A stretch of DNA of 60,563 nucleotides, counting the filler. It is 6 parts of 6 records of this genome, joined end to end, with 100 filler letters (N's around TTAATTAATTAA, not from the genome) between each part and the next. Parts side by side here need not be neighbours in the genome. Positions count along the whole stretch, not along the records: positions 17,790 to 35,365 come from SRR31156797_638; 5 more parts are not named here. One strand, given 5' to 3'. Within the stretch, counting starts at the first letter, position 1, and every line of letters begins with the position of its first letter. The position numbers were made by a program, and so were the translations under genes. Positions 18,144-27,932 of this stretch are shown piece by piece. Below the pieces are notes generated by a model. It worked only from the letters and a program-made list of their open reading frames with translations, made no database searches and was not told where the DNA came from.

Positions 18144-20534
18144 ATGAAAAATCTGGTTATCGTGGAGTCCCCGGCAAAAGCTCGGACAATCTCAAAATTC
18201 TTAGGCTCTGACTACAAAGTCATGGCTTCTATGGGACATGTAAGAGACCTTCCAAAATCAAAATTAGGTTTTGACCCTGAAAAAAATTTTGAACCACAAT
18301 ATATGGTATCAAGGGATAAATCAAAAGTTTTAACTGATCTAAAGAAAAATATCACAAAAGATACAACTATCTACCTCGCGGCCGATGAGGACCGCGAAGG
18401 AGAAGCGATTGCATGGCATCTTATTCCAGCTTTAAAGATTCAAAAAAATCCGATCAAAAGGATCGTTTTTCATGAGATCACAAAAAAAGCTATTACAGAT
18501 GCATTAGAACACCCAAGAGATGTAGATCAACATCTAGTAGATGCGCAACAAGCAAGAAGAATCCTAGATCGTGCTGTTGGATATAAACTAAGTCCTCTTC
18601 TTTGGAAAAAAGTAAGATATGGACTTAGTGCTGGACGTGTTCAGTCTGTTGCAGTTCGAATCATCGTTGAGCGAGAACGCGAGATTGAAGCTTTTATCCC
18701 TGAAGAGTTTTGGAAACTCAAACTTGATATTATAGATCCTGAATTTAAAGCAGAACTTGCAAAAGAGAATGGAAAAACGGTAAAAGTAGGTAATGAACAA
18801 GAAGCAAGAACTATTGAAAACAACTGTAAAGATAATCAATATATTTTAGAAGATATTGAAGAAAAAGAGAGTAAAAGAAACCCTGCTCCTCCATTTACTA
18901 CTTCAACACTCCAACAAGAAGCAAGTAGAAAAGCTGGGTTTGGGGTAAAACAAACTATGATCGTAGCTCAACAATTATATGAGGGAGGAGTAAATGTCCC
19001 TGGTCATACTGGTGGTTTGATCACTTATATGAGAACAGATAGTGTTAATCTCTCCACTTTTGCTACTTCTATGGCTAAAGAGGTGATAGAGGGTGAATAT
19101 GGAAAAGAATACGCCCTAACAAAACCACGGCATTATAAAAGTAAAGCAAAAGGGGCACAAGAAGCCCATGAAGCGATTCGTCCAGTAAATCTACATCTAA
19201 AACCAAGTGATGTAAAACCATACCTTGATAATGCACAATATAGACTTTACTCACTTATCTGGAAAAGAACTATTGCCACGCAAATGGCACAAGCTGTTGT
19301 AGCAAATACTACATATAAAATAACAGCTGGGAATAATAAACAATATGAGTTCCAAGCAAAAGGGACAAAAATCGTATTCCCAGGATTTATGAAAGCGTAT
19401 ACAGAAGGGAGTGATGATCCTGAAGCAGTTTTAGATAGTAGTGAAAAATTCTTGCCTACTGTGGAAAAAGGTACAAAACTAAATATTGAAAAACTCGAAG
19501 CAGAACAAAACTTTACAAAACCACCAGCACGTTACACAGAGGCTAGTTTGGTTAAAAAGCTTGAGACTGAAGGGATTGGTAGACCTTCAACTTACGCACC
19601 TACAATTGCTACGATACAAGCAAGAGAATATGTTATTAAAACTGAAGATAAAAAGTTAGCTCCTACTCTTATTGGAACAGTAGTAAATGATTTCTTAGTA
19701 GAACACTTTCCACATATTGTAGATCTTGGATTTACTGCTCATATTGAAGAAGAGTTTGATGATATTGCTGAGGGGAAAAGAGCTTGGACTGATGTAATGA
19801 ATGATTTTTATGGTCCATTTGCTAAAAATATTGAAGATAAAGAGGAAAATGCACCACGGGCAAAATTCTCAGATATTCGTGAACTTGGAAATGATCCAAA
19901 GAATGGAAAACCAATCACTGCTCGAGTTGGACAATATGGTCCATATGTACAATGTGGTACAAAAGAGGATGAAGAGAAACCAAAGATCGCTTCAATCCCT
20001 GCTCATATTAGTGTGAACTCTATCACACTTGATGAAGCACTAGTGTTACTCCAACTTCCAAAAGTACTTGGTCAGGATGAGAATGGAGATGATGTAAAGG
20101 TAAATATTGGACGATTTGGTCCATTTATCCAAATCAAATCAGAATACTTTAGCCTTAAAGAGGATGATCCATATACTATAGAACTTCCTCGTGCTTTAGA
20201 AGTAGTAAAACAGATCAAAGAGGAAAAAGCAAAAGCTTTACTCAATGACTTTCCAGAAGAAAAGATACAGATACTTAATGGAAGGTACGGTCCATATATT
20301 AAACAAGGTAGAAAAAACTTTAAGTTGCCAAAGACTCTAGATGAGCAAGATATCAAAGCTCTAAGCCTTGAAGAAGTCAAAGAGATCATGGAGAATCAAC
20401 CTACAAAAGGTGGAAGGAAAGCTCCTGCTAAAAAAACAGCAACGAAAAAGACTACCACTGCAAAAAAGACAACAGCAAAAAAAGCACCTGCTAAAAAAAC
20501 AACTACAAAGAAAAAAACAGCTGATACAAAATAG
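18144..20534 (+). CDS. topA: DNA topoisomerase I (type IA)
   Basis: LVIVESPAKA, DEDREGE, GRVQS, ITYMRTDS; C-terminal GRYGPY repeats and Lys/Ala-rich tail. Confidence 0.97.
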   Translation: MKNLVIVESPAKARTISKFLGSDYKVMASMGHVRDLPKSKLGFDPEKNFEPQYMVSRDKSKVLTDLKKNITKDTTIYLAADEDREGEAIAWHLIPALKIQKNPIKRIVFHEITKKAITDALEHPRDVDQHLVDAQQARRILDRAVGYKLSPLLWKKVRYGLSAGRVQSVAVRIIVEREREIEAFIPEEFWKLKLDIIDPEFKAELAKENGKTVKVGNEQEARTIENNCKDNQYILEDIEEKESKRNPAPPFTTSTLQQEASRKAGFGVKQTMIVAQQLYEGGVNVPGHTGGLITYMRTDSVNLSTFATSMAKEVIEGEYGKEYALTKPRHYKSKAKGAQEAHEAIRPVNLHLKPSDVKPYLDNAQYRLYSLIWKRTIATQMAQAVVANTTYKITAGNNKQYEFQAKGTKIVFPGFMKAYTEGSDDPEAVLDSSEKFLPTVEKGTKLNIEKLEAEQNFTKPPARYTEASLVKKLETEGIGRPSTYAPTIATIQAREYVIKTEDKKLAPTLIGTVVNDFLVEHFPHIVDLGFTAHIEEEFDDIAEGKRAWTDVMNDFYGPFAKNIEDKEENAPRAKFSDIRELGNDPKNGKPITARVGQYGPYVQCGTKEDEEKPKIASIPAHISVNSITLDEALVLLQLPKVLGQDENGDDVKVNIGRFGPFIQIKSEYFSLKEDDPYTIELPRALEVVKQIKEEKAKALLNDFPEEKIQILNGRYGPYIKQGRKNFKLPKTLDEQDIKALSLEEVKEIMENQPTKGGRKAPAKKTATKKTTTAKKTTAKKAPAKKTTTKKKTADTK

Positions 20535-20714
20535 ATGAAAGATCTAACTTTTGAGGATAATGGCTTTATTTTTAAAGCCACCTCTTTTGATAATAAAATG
20601 ATGCTTTTACATTGTGATCAATTTGATAAAAAGAATAATTTTATTCAAAAAAGAAAGCTCACATTTGCTGAGCTTCCAAAGAGTATAAAAAAGAGATTGA
20701 ATCCTTTAAAATAA
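20535..20714 (+). CDS. Small hypothetical protein (59 aa, missing from the ORF track)
   Basis: ATG directly after the topA stop: MKDLTFEDNGFIFK...FAELPKSIKKRLNPLK. Confidence 0.65.
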   Translation: MKDLTFEDNGFIFKATSFDNKMMLLHCDQFDKKNNFIQKRKLTFAELPKSIKKRLNPLK

Positions 20715-20733
20715 TCTTCAAAGATTTTATCGC

Positions 20734-21915
20734 TTATTTAGACTTTTTTAATTCTTCTTTTAAACTAAACTGCTCTTGAGTAGAGGTTAAGGATGGTATT
20801 TGAGATAATCCATTGAGCCTTGTATCTTCTACAATCTCCTCTAAAGCCTTTTCAAGACTAAGAACAATAGATTTTAATACTTTCATACTATTGGTCAACT
20901 CTTCACTATTTGAAACTTCTAAGTCCTGATCTGTTTTTACCTCTTCTTCACCTCCTAGTCTTTTTTGGAGCTTTGAGATCTCATCTTCGAGTCTTTGTAT
21001 CATCTTTTGTATTTTTTCTTCTGAAACATCTTTTTCATTCGAATCATCAATCAGTCTATTTATATGTTGGATCATCTCCTCTAACTCTTCAATCTCCGAT
21101 TGGGTTAATCCAGTTTTTAACATAGAAAGAAAGTCTGCAATGAGTTCCTCTTTTATATCTACACTATAATCATCTTGTACTACACCCTCTTTTATATCTT
21201 TTCCTGAGACTTCATCATATTTACTTAAAAGGTTTGAATAGATATTTCCTAAAGTTTTATAAAACTCTATATATTCTGGAGATAGAGACGTATCTAGTTT
21301 TTGTTGAGTATCTGCAATAAGTTCTGTTAAAAGCTCAGCTGGGTTATCACTATCATAAAACATTGATTTTACACAAGGAAAATTCCAGCTTCCTGTGACA
21401 AAAGCCATATAGCTATTTATCTTCTCATTATTGTCCATATTTTTTACTGTTTCGTATATTGCTTTATTAAAGTCACCATCTTTACTTACAAAAGCAGTAT
21501 CAAACATCCTTTGTGCTTTATATTCCATATGTATAATACTCTCATCAATATACTCACCACTCTCATCTTTTTGCATTGTAAATTTATGTAAAACTTTCAT
21601 CTGCTCATAAGAAAGACTTTCCATCTCTTCATTACTTATATATCGATCAGCTATAATGGACTTGTAAAGTTCTTTTTCATCATCACTTAAATTTTTTAAA
21701 TCAAGCTTTTCCAAAAGCTCTTCATATTTTTCATCACTAAAAGACTCTTCATACTCTTTTCTCATCTGCTCCATTGCATCTGCTGGCAATTCACCTTTTA
21801 TCTCTATATCTTGGAGTAACAATGTAGAAAAAATTGTATCTTTTTCAGTTTTATTATTTTGTGCTGAGTTAGTTAAAAAGTTGCTATTTGTTTTTGAAGA
21901 GCTATTTACTTCCAT
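20734..21915 (-). CDS. Hypothetical acidic modular protein (paralog C)
   Basis: 393 aa with AAAGGA RBS. LIADFLSMLKTGLTQSE...LQKRLGGE matches LLEDIKSVMRTGLTVDE...YQKRISGE of paralog A. Confidence 0.85.
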   Translation of the reverse strand: MEVNSSSKTNSNFLTNSAQNNKTEKDTIFSTLLLQDIEIKGELPADAMEQMRKEYEESFSDEKYEELLEKLDLKNLSDDEKELYKSIIADRYISNEEMESLSYEQMKVLHKFTMQKDESGEYIDESIIHMEYKAQRMFDTAFVSKDGDFNKAIYETVKNMDNNEKINSYMAFVTGSWNFPCVKSMFYDSDNPAELLTELIADTQQKLDTSLSPEYIEFYKTLGNIYSNLLSKYDEVSGKDIKEGVVQDDYSVDIKEELIADFLSMLKTGLTQSEIEELEEMIQHINRLIDDSNEKDVSEEKIQKMIQRLEDEISKLQKRLGGEEEVKTDQDLEVSNSEELTNSMKVLKSIVLSLEKALEEIVEDTRLNGLSQIPSLTSTQEQFSLKEELKKSK

Positions 21916-21943
21916 GTAGTTTTCCTTTAGATTTATCTACAAC

Positions 21944-21976
21944 AGTATAGCTTTTTATTGTCACAATAGTGTCACA
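21944..21976 (-). promoter_or_regulatory. Direct-repeat box TGTGACA-N4-TGTGACA followed 9 nt later by -10 TATACT
   Basis: Plus strand TGTCACA at 21959-21965 and 21970-21976, AGTATA at 21944-21949. Confidence 0.75.
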
Positions 21977-21990
21977 ATTGAATTCTTTTC

Positions 21991-22018
21991 AATAAAAAGG
22001 CTTTTATGCCTTTTTATT
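21991..22018 (-). terminator. Intrinsic terminator after the murF operon
   Basis: AATAAAAAGGC-ttttat-GCCTTTTTATT. Confidence 0.7.
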
Positions 22019-23451
22019 TAGATAAAATTTGGTGCATCGTTTGCAAAAAGAATCAAATCACCCACATGAGTTTCTTTTGCTAAGGTATCTTGTAATTCAC
22101 TTTTATCACCTAAAACAATTGTTCTTTTTTTCGTAATTACTTTATCAAAAAGCTTTGCATTTAAACTTCCAGTGATGATCACAAGATCAAAAACTTCCTC
22201 TATTTTATGGGCAAGTTCTGTATTTGATTCAGTATTTGACTCTACAAGTCCAGGAGTTACTATCACTTTTCGTCCCTCATAAGTAGATGATATCTCACAA
22301 GCTTCAAGCATCCCCTCTAGGTTTCCATTAAAACTATCATCTAGGATCAGTTTACCGCCTGCTTTTGATAAATGTAGTCTATGCTCAACTGGTTCAATAG
22401 TATCAAGAGCCACTTTGATCTCATCGATACTCATCCCAAGCTCTTTTGCCATGAGGATAACTGCAGCTAAGTTAATAGCATTAAAGCTTCCAAGTACTGG
22501 AGCATGGAAATGGTAACTTTCTCCATCGATCAGAAGATCAAACCAAATACCATTAAGATCACTTCTTACTACTTCTAGTCCTTCAGGAAACTTTGTGATC
22601 GTTTCATATTTTAAAATAGGTACTGATTCATGAACAAACCCATGAACTAACCTTGGAGATCGTAATATCTCCATCTTTGTATGGATGATATTATCTAAAG
22701 TTTTAAAATATTCAATATGCTGCTCCCCTACACTTCCGATAATAGCATACTGAGGTTCTAAAAAGTGTACGATCTCTTCTATATCTCCACGCTCTCTAGC
22801 TCCAGCTTCAGCGATATAGATATGTGTATCATCTGGAAGATCATCATTTACATCTTTTAAAATTCCACCCATAGTATTTACACTTCTTGGTGTTTTATAC
22901 ACTTTAAACTTTTTTTCTAATACTTGGTATAAGAAGTTTTTAATAGAAGTTTTTCCATATGAAGCAGTGATTGCCACGATTTGAAGTCCAAGGATAGTAC
23001 CTAGTCTTGATTTTGCCCTCTGTTTAAAACTGATAAAAAAGATTTTCTCTAAAATAAAGCTAATAAGATAGGTAATAGATAATGGTAAAACTAATCCATA
23101 TATTCCGCTACCACTTGCTGCTACTAAGGCATCTACTGCAAATGTTGTAAAGAGTAAGATTCCTAAAAATCTTTTTACTCTATGAGTTAAGACTAAAGAC
23201 TTATCAAGATTTTTATTCCAAAACAAAAAGCTTGGAAGATACAGCAAATAAAAATAGATATAAAAATAAAGCTCAGGCAATATATAATATAAAACAAAAG
23301 GGGTAAGAAAATAGATAATATGCCATTGTTGTTTATGGTGTTTTAAAATAACACGTGTTAGTTTATAGTTATACCATTGTAAGTTGGTAATAAGATACCA
23401 TCCTAAACTCATCACTACTAAAATATGAGTTAATAATTCTAAATATTCCAT
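22018..23451 (-). CDS. murF: Mur ligase, MurF-type with N-terminal TM segments
   Basis: AITASYGKTS P-loop, VEHRL, DDSFNGN; Campylobacterota-type membrane N-terminus. Confidence 0.85.
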   Translation of the reverse strand: MEYLELLTHILVVMSLGWYLITNLQWYNYKLTRVILKHHKQQWHIIYFLTPFVLYYILPELYFYIYFYLLYLPSFLFWNKNLDKSLVLTHRVKRFLGILLFTTFAVDALVAASGSGIYGLVLPLSITYLISFILEKIFFISFKQRAKSRLGTILGLQIVAITASYGKTSIKNFLYQVLEKKFKVYKTPRSVNTMGGILKDVNDDLPDDTHIYIAEAGARERGDIEEIVHFLEPQYAIIGSVGEQHIEYFKTLDNIIHTKMEILRSPRLVHGFVHESVPILKYETITKFPEGLEVVRSDLNGIWFDLLIDGESYHFHAPVLGSFNAINLAAVILMAKELGMSIDEIKVALDTIEPVEHRLHLSKAGGKLILDDSFNGNLEGMLEACEISSTYEGRKVIVTPGLVESNTESNTELAHKIEEVFDLVIITGSLNAKLFDKVITKKRTIVLGDKSELQDTLAKETHVGDLILFANDAPNFI

Positions 23452-23458
23452 ATTTTTC

Positions 23459-23857
23459 CTATTTATTAATTATATTGATAAAATCTTGTCGATTATTATA
23501 CCCAATCACTTTTTCTTTGATCACTTCATTGGTATGATCTATAAAATACATAGTAGGAATCAATTCTGAGTCATATTTTGGAGGGAACTTTTTCTCTTCT
23601 CTATTTAATATAAGAGGGATATACTTACTTTTGATAGTTGTATCAATCTTTTTCTTTTCAAGCACTAGTTTTTCAAACTTATTACACCAAGGACAAAAAT
23701 TTGCTACCATTACAAGCATAATATCTTTTTTCTCTTTTTGTGCTTTTTGCAATGCCACATCATATTCTAGCTCATATCCCATCTCTTTGGCAAAAGTTTT
23801 ATAATCTTTTGCAAAGATACTACTTACTAATAAAATACCTAGTATTAAAATTTTCAT
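23459..23857 (-). CDS. Exported thioredoxin-fold protein
   Basis: Signal peptide, CPWC, IPT cis-Pro. Confidence 0.8.
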   Translation of the reverse strand: MKILILGILLVSSIFAKDYKTFAKEMGYELEYDVALQKAQKEKKDIMLVMVANFCPWCNKFEKLVLEKKKIDTTIKSKYIPLILNREEKKFPPKYDSELIPTMYFIDHTNEVIKEKVIGYNNRQDFINIINK

Positions 23858-24318
23858 AGATTATCCTCTTTATATTGTTCTGAAAAATCATTCAATAAAA
23901 GATCCACATACTCTAAAACTTTCTCTTTTATCTCATGTTCACTTCTATTAGTATAAGTCATCTGATATCTTTTTTCAAAAGTGATCCCATATACCTCTTT
24001 TTCATCATCCAATCTTTTTACCTCTTCACCAAGTACAAGATCAATATTTAACACTGGTTTTCCATCAAGTACTGTTTCATACAATATAAACGCCAAAGTT
24101 CTATGGGAATATCCAGAAGTATCTATCTTCAACTCATCAGTATAATATTTCATCTCAGCTAAGATCTCTTTTTTAATAGTCATTGGAAGCTGAGAAGCAT
24201 AATTTTCAACCACTAAATACGCCTTTGGCATTTTTGTTAATAAAAACATCGTACTTGCATTTGCCGATAATCCAACTATAACAAAACATAAAAAAATAAC
24301 TCTTTGTACTCTTTTCAA
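23854..24318 (-). CDS. Exported hypothetical protein
   Basis: Signal peptide (ANA); operonic overlap. Confidence 0.7.
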   Translation of the reverse strand: MKRVQRVIFLCFVIVGLSANASTMFLLTKMPKAYLVVENYASQLPMTIKKEILAEMKYYTDELKIDTSGYSHRTLAFILYETVLDGKPVLNIDLVLGEEVKRLDDEKEVYGITFEKRYQMTYTNRSEHEIKEKVLEYVDLLLNDFSEQYKEDNL

Positions 24319-24321
24319 ATC

Positions 24322-25053
24322 CTATCCTTTTTTAATATTAGACTCAATTATATCACAAATATCTTTGGTAAAATAAGCAAAGAAATAATGATCTCCATCA
24401 TATGAATAAAACGCACTATTTTTTATAAACTGATGAATCATCTTTCCTGATTCCAATGAAGTAGCAGTATCTTTTTCACCCCAAAAAATAAGTGCATCTT
24501 TATAATACCCTTTAAAATACTCAGTAAAATCCTCATCAACAACATTTTTAAAAGTACCATACATATTTGAATCCATATTCTCCACATCTTTACTACGAAA
24601 GAGTGTGTTTAACTTTGATAATCCAAGAAGTCTTAAAAACTTCGCAAGCTTTATCTTCAATCGTACCTTTAAAGACTTCTTTTCTAAGATCCCTGCACTA
24701 CTAAGTAAAATCAATAGTTTTGGCATCAAAGTAGTGGCTACCTTACCACCAAATGAATGTCCTACGATAATAAGATCATTTGGATTTAACTCCATTTTTT
24801 CTAAAAATATTTTCATAATATTGGCATAATCTATGGTTGTAAGCACATAGTTATTATCACTTTTTCCAAACCCTGGCATATCAATGTAGAGATGATTAAT
24901 CGATGGTAAATAGTTTCCAAAAGCCTGCTTCATGATATTTTTATTTGATCCCCAACCATGTAAAAATACTATCCACTGATCGCTTTTATTATTGACTATT
25001 TCATAGTTTATGTTAAAAAATTTTCCATAATAATCTATTTGTTTGACTGCCAT
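24322..25053 (-). CDS. Alpha/beta hydrolase
   Basis: LHGWG, GHSFGG nucleophile elbow, D and H downstream. Confidence 0.88.
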   Translation of the reverse strand: MAVKQIDYYGKFFNINYEIVNNKSDQWIVFLHGWGSNKNIMKQAFGNYLPSINHLYIDMPGFGKSDNNYVLTTIDYANIMKIFLEKMELNPNDLIIVGHSFGGKVATTLMPKLLILLSSAGILEKKSLKVRLKIKLAKFLRLLGLSKLNTLFRSKDVENMDSNMYGTFKNVVDEDFTEYFKGYYKDALIFWGEKDTATSLESGKMIHQFIKNSAFYSYDGDHYFFAYFTKDICDIIESNIKKG

Positions 25054-25913
25054 GCTACCCCTTTTAGATCCAAATAAAAAGTTGTCCCTTCATCTTTTTG
25101 TGAATCTATTTTTATATCTATCTTATACTTATCACAATACTTTTTTACAATATTCAGCCCAAGACCTATCCCTTTATGGGAGCTATCCTCTTGAAAATAT
25201 TTATCAAAGATATGAAAAAGATGTTTTGTATCTATCCCTATTCCTGTATCGCTTATTGAAAAAATATTATTTTCTAGATTTAATATTATCTTTCCATTTG
25301 GATCATTATACTTTATAGCATTTGAAAGAAGGTTATCAATTACTTTTTGCATCCCATTTCTATCACAATCTATCATAAAACTATCTACATTATTTAAAGT
25401 AGTGATATCTTTAGAAACGGTTTCAAACTTTTTACAGCTACTATCCACTATCTCTTTTAGATCAAACTCTTCACTATGAACTGTTTCTATTTGCTCTTTT
25501 AAAGAGTATTCCATATGATTATACAGCTCAAAAAGGTTTTCACATGCTTTTTCTATACGTTTTAATCTCTGTGTTGCTTTTTCATCTTTATCAAGCCCTT
25601 TTTTAAGCATCTTTACATTCATCTCTATGGTTGCTACTGGGGTATTAAGCTCATGAAGAGTCTCTTTTATAAGAGAATCTATCTCTTTCTCGTTTTTAAA
25701 AAGATTTACAAAAAGCTTTTTAGTGACAAAATAATACACACTTATCCCAAAAAAAAGTAAAACGAAAGTGATTGGATAAAAAGTTTCTTGATTAAATTCA
25801 AAGATAGAGATTAGCATACTAAAAAGTACAAGGGTGATTAAAAGAGTAAAGCCTACAGCAATAATATTGGAGATAAGAAAATCTTTTTGTCTAGTACTCA
25901 ATCTTATAACCAA
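25035..25913 (-). CDS. Sensor histidine kinase
   Basis: Two TM segments, LHELNTP H-box, NLLSNAIKY, DTGIG, GIGLGL. Confidence 0.92.
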   Translation of the reverse strand: MVIRLSTRQKDFLISNIIAVGFTLLITLVLFSMLISIFEFNQETFYPITFVLLFFGISVYYFVTKKLFVNLFKNEKEIDSLIKETLHELNTPVATIEMNVKMLKKGLDKDEKATQRLKRIEKACENLFELYNHMEYSLKEQIETVHSEEFDLKEIVDSSCKKFETVSKDITTLNNVDSFMIDCDRNGMQKVIDNLLSNAIKYNDPNGKIILNLENNIFSISDTGIGIDTKHLFHIFDKYFQEDSSHKGIGLGLNIVKKYCDKYKIDIKIDSQKDEGTTFYLDLKGVAWQSNK

Positions 25914-26553
25914 TATTTTTAATATTACTTATCTTAAAAGATGTATTTTCAAAAAGCTTTTTAATATGATTTACATACACACGAATAGAGCCTTCACTAT
26001 ACTCTTCACTTGTACTCCACAATCTATGGATGATCATATCTTTGGTGACAACTGAGTGATTATTTTGCACAAAAAGCTCTAATAGATCGATCACTTTAAG
26101 TCCTAGTTTTTGATCAGTTGAATTTTTTTGAATACTCTTTGTTTCAAAGTTTATCTCCACATCACCAATACTAAGAGAAGAGTGTTTTTTGATCCTTTTT
26201 ATAATAGAGTTTATTCGTAAGATCAACTCTTCCATATCAAAAGGTTTGGTAAGAAAATCATCTGCCCCTTTTAAAAAGCCCTCTTTTAAAGTTTCTTTAT
26301 CTTTGTAAGAGGTAAGATAAATTGCTGGAGTATTATCTCCACTTGATCTTACCTCCTCTAATACTTCTAGTCCATTGATATTAGGCACATTTATATCAAG
26401 AAGATATAAGTCATAACGCGACTCATATACTTTATTGAAAAACTCTTTCCCATCTGATATATGTTCTATCTGAAATGAACCAAACTCTTCTAGATAATCT
26501 ATAAGAGTAAAGGCAAAAAGTTCATCATCTTCTAAAAGTAAAATCTTGACCAA
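25891..26553 (-). CDS. OmpR/PhoB-family response regulator
   Basis: LLEDD, LLDINVP, KPF, winged-helix SIRVYVNHIKK...GY. Confidence 0.92.
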   Translation of the reverse strand: MVKILLLEDDELFAFTLIDYLEEFGSFQIEHISDGKEFFNKVYESRYDLYLLDINVPNINGLEVLEEVRSSGDNTPAIYLTSYKDKETLKEGFLKGADDFLTKPFDMEELILRINSIIKRIKKHSSLSIGDVEINFETKSIQKNSTDQKLGLKVIDLLELFVQNNHSVVTKDMIIHRLWSTSEEYSEGSIRVYVNHIKKLFENTSFKISNIKNIGYKIEY

Positions 26554-26557
26554 AACA

Positions 26558-27034
26558 CTAATCCATTATTTGACTAAACTCACCAATATTTTGACGTATA
26601 GCATCATAGACGATGATAGAAACACTATTGGCAATATTCAAACTTCTTGCATTGTTAGTCATAGGGATATTTATACATAATTCCTCATTATTCTCTAATA
26701 ATTCTTGTGGAAGACCTGCATCTTCTCGTCCAAAATAGAAATAATCATCTTTTAAAAACTGCTGTTCAAAGTAGAGTTTTTTTGTTTTTGTAGTAGCAAA
26801 AAAATGTCTATTAGTTTTAGGATTTTTTTCCCAAAACTCTTCAATATTTTCATACTCATACACTTCAAGATCAAACCAATAATCAAGTCCAGCTCGACGA
26901 ACTTCTTTCTCTGTAATCTCACCAAAACCATATGGTTTGATAAGATGAAGTTTTGATTTTGTAGCAAATGCAAGACGCCCTATTGTTCCTACATTTCCTG
27001 GGATTCTTGGTTCAAGTAAAACAATATTAAACAT
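26558..27034 (-). CDS. trmL: tRNA (cytidine/uridine-34 2'-O)-methyltransferase
   Basis: PRIPGNVG, RRAGLDYW, FGREDAGL, RSLN SPOUT motifs. Confidence 0.92.
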   Translation of the reverse strand: MFNIVLLEPRIPGNVGTIGRLAFATKSKLHLIKPYGFGEITEKEVRRAGLDYWFDLEVYEYENIEEFWEKNPKTNRHFFATTKTKKLYFEQQFLKDDYFYFGREDAGLPQELLENNEELCINIPMTNNARSLNIANSVSIIVYDAIRQNIGEFSQIMD

Positions 27035-27867
27035 TACAAAATAACCGTCTTATTCCCATAAACAAACACACGATCTTTAAGTACAAGATCAAGAGCATTT
27101 GAAAGAACTACTTTTTCCACATTTCTTCCAGCGTCTCTCATATCTTCCCATGAATAGTTATGATCCACTCTTACTACATCTTGAGCAATAATTGGCCCCT
27201 CATCAAGATCATCTGTTACCCAGTGACTTGTAGCTCCTATGATCTTTACTCCACGTTTGTGAGCTTGTTTGTAAGGGTTTGCTCCAATAAATGCAGGTAA
27301 AAACGAATGGTGGATATTAAGTACTTGTTGAGGAAAGGTTTGTACAAAGTTTGGAGTTAAAATCCTCATATATTTCGCTAATACAATATACTCATAGCTA
27401 TACTTTTTAATAGCCTCTATGATCAGATTTTCATGAGCATCTCTCTCTAAGTTCTCATGACTTACATATTCAAAAGGGAGATTAAACTTTTCAACTAAAC
27501 CTTTTAAACTCTCATGATTTGAAATAACAGCAGTGATATTTGCATCAAGCTCCCCTGCTTCGTGTTTGATAAGAAGATCACCCAAACAGTGCATCTCTTT
27601 TGTAGCTAAGATTACGATATCTTTTTTACTATTATCAGCAAACTTGATTATAGAATCTGATGGTAACTCTTTTTTAAGTTCAGCTCTTAAGTTTTCTTGA
27701 TCAAACTCACCCGTTACAACTGTACGCATAAAAAATACATTGGTCTCATTATCAACAAACTCAGCATTGCTAATGATATTTAAACCACTTTCAAATAAAA
27801 CTTTTGAGATCTTATATACCAATCCTGTAGTATCTTTTGTCTCAATTAAAATTCTGTATTCTGTCAT
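27034..27867 (-). CDS. purU: Formyltetrahydrofolate deformylase
   Basis: ACT domain, LAKYMRIL, NIHHSFLPAFIGANPY, DLDEGPII. Confidence 0.96.
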   Translation of the reverse strand: MTEYRILIETKDTTGLVYKISKVLFESGLNIISNAEFVDNETNVFFMRTVVTGEFDQENLRAELKKELPSDSIIKFADNSKKDIVILATKEMHCLGDLLIKHEAGELDANITAVISNHESLKGLVEKFNLPFEYVSHENLERDAHENLIIEAIKKYSYEYIVLAKYMRILTPNFVQTFPQQVLNIHHSFLPAFIGANPYKQAHKRGVKIIGATSHWVTDDLDEGPIIAQDVVRVDHNYSWEDMRDAGRNVEKVVLSNALDLVLKDRVFVYGNKTVIL

Positions 27868-27932
27868 TTTATTATCCTATTTTAAAAATATGGATAATAG
27901 CATAATTTGAGTTTAAAGAATATTATAGATAC

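Noticed and set aside
20415-20534. Lys/Thr/Ala repeats at the topA 3' end and the antisense 61-aa hydrophobic ORF
   Set aside because: A known basic low-complexity TopA tail; the antisense ORF is its shadow.
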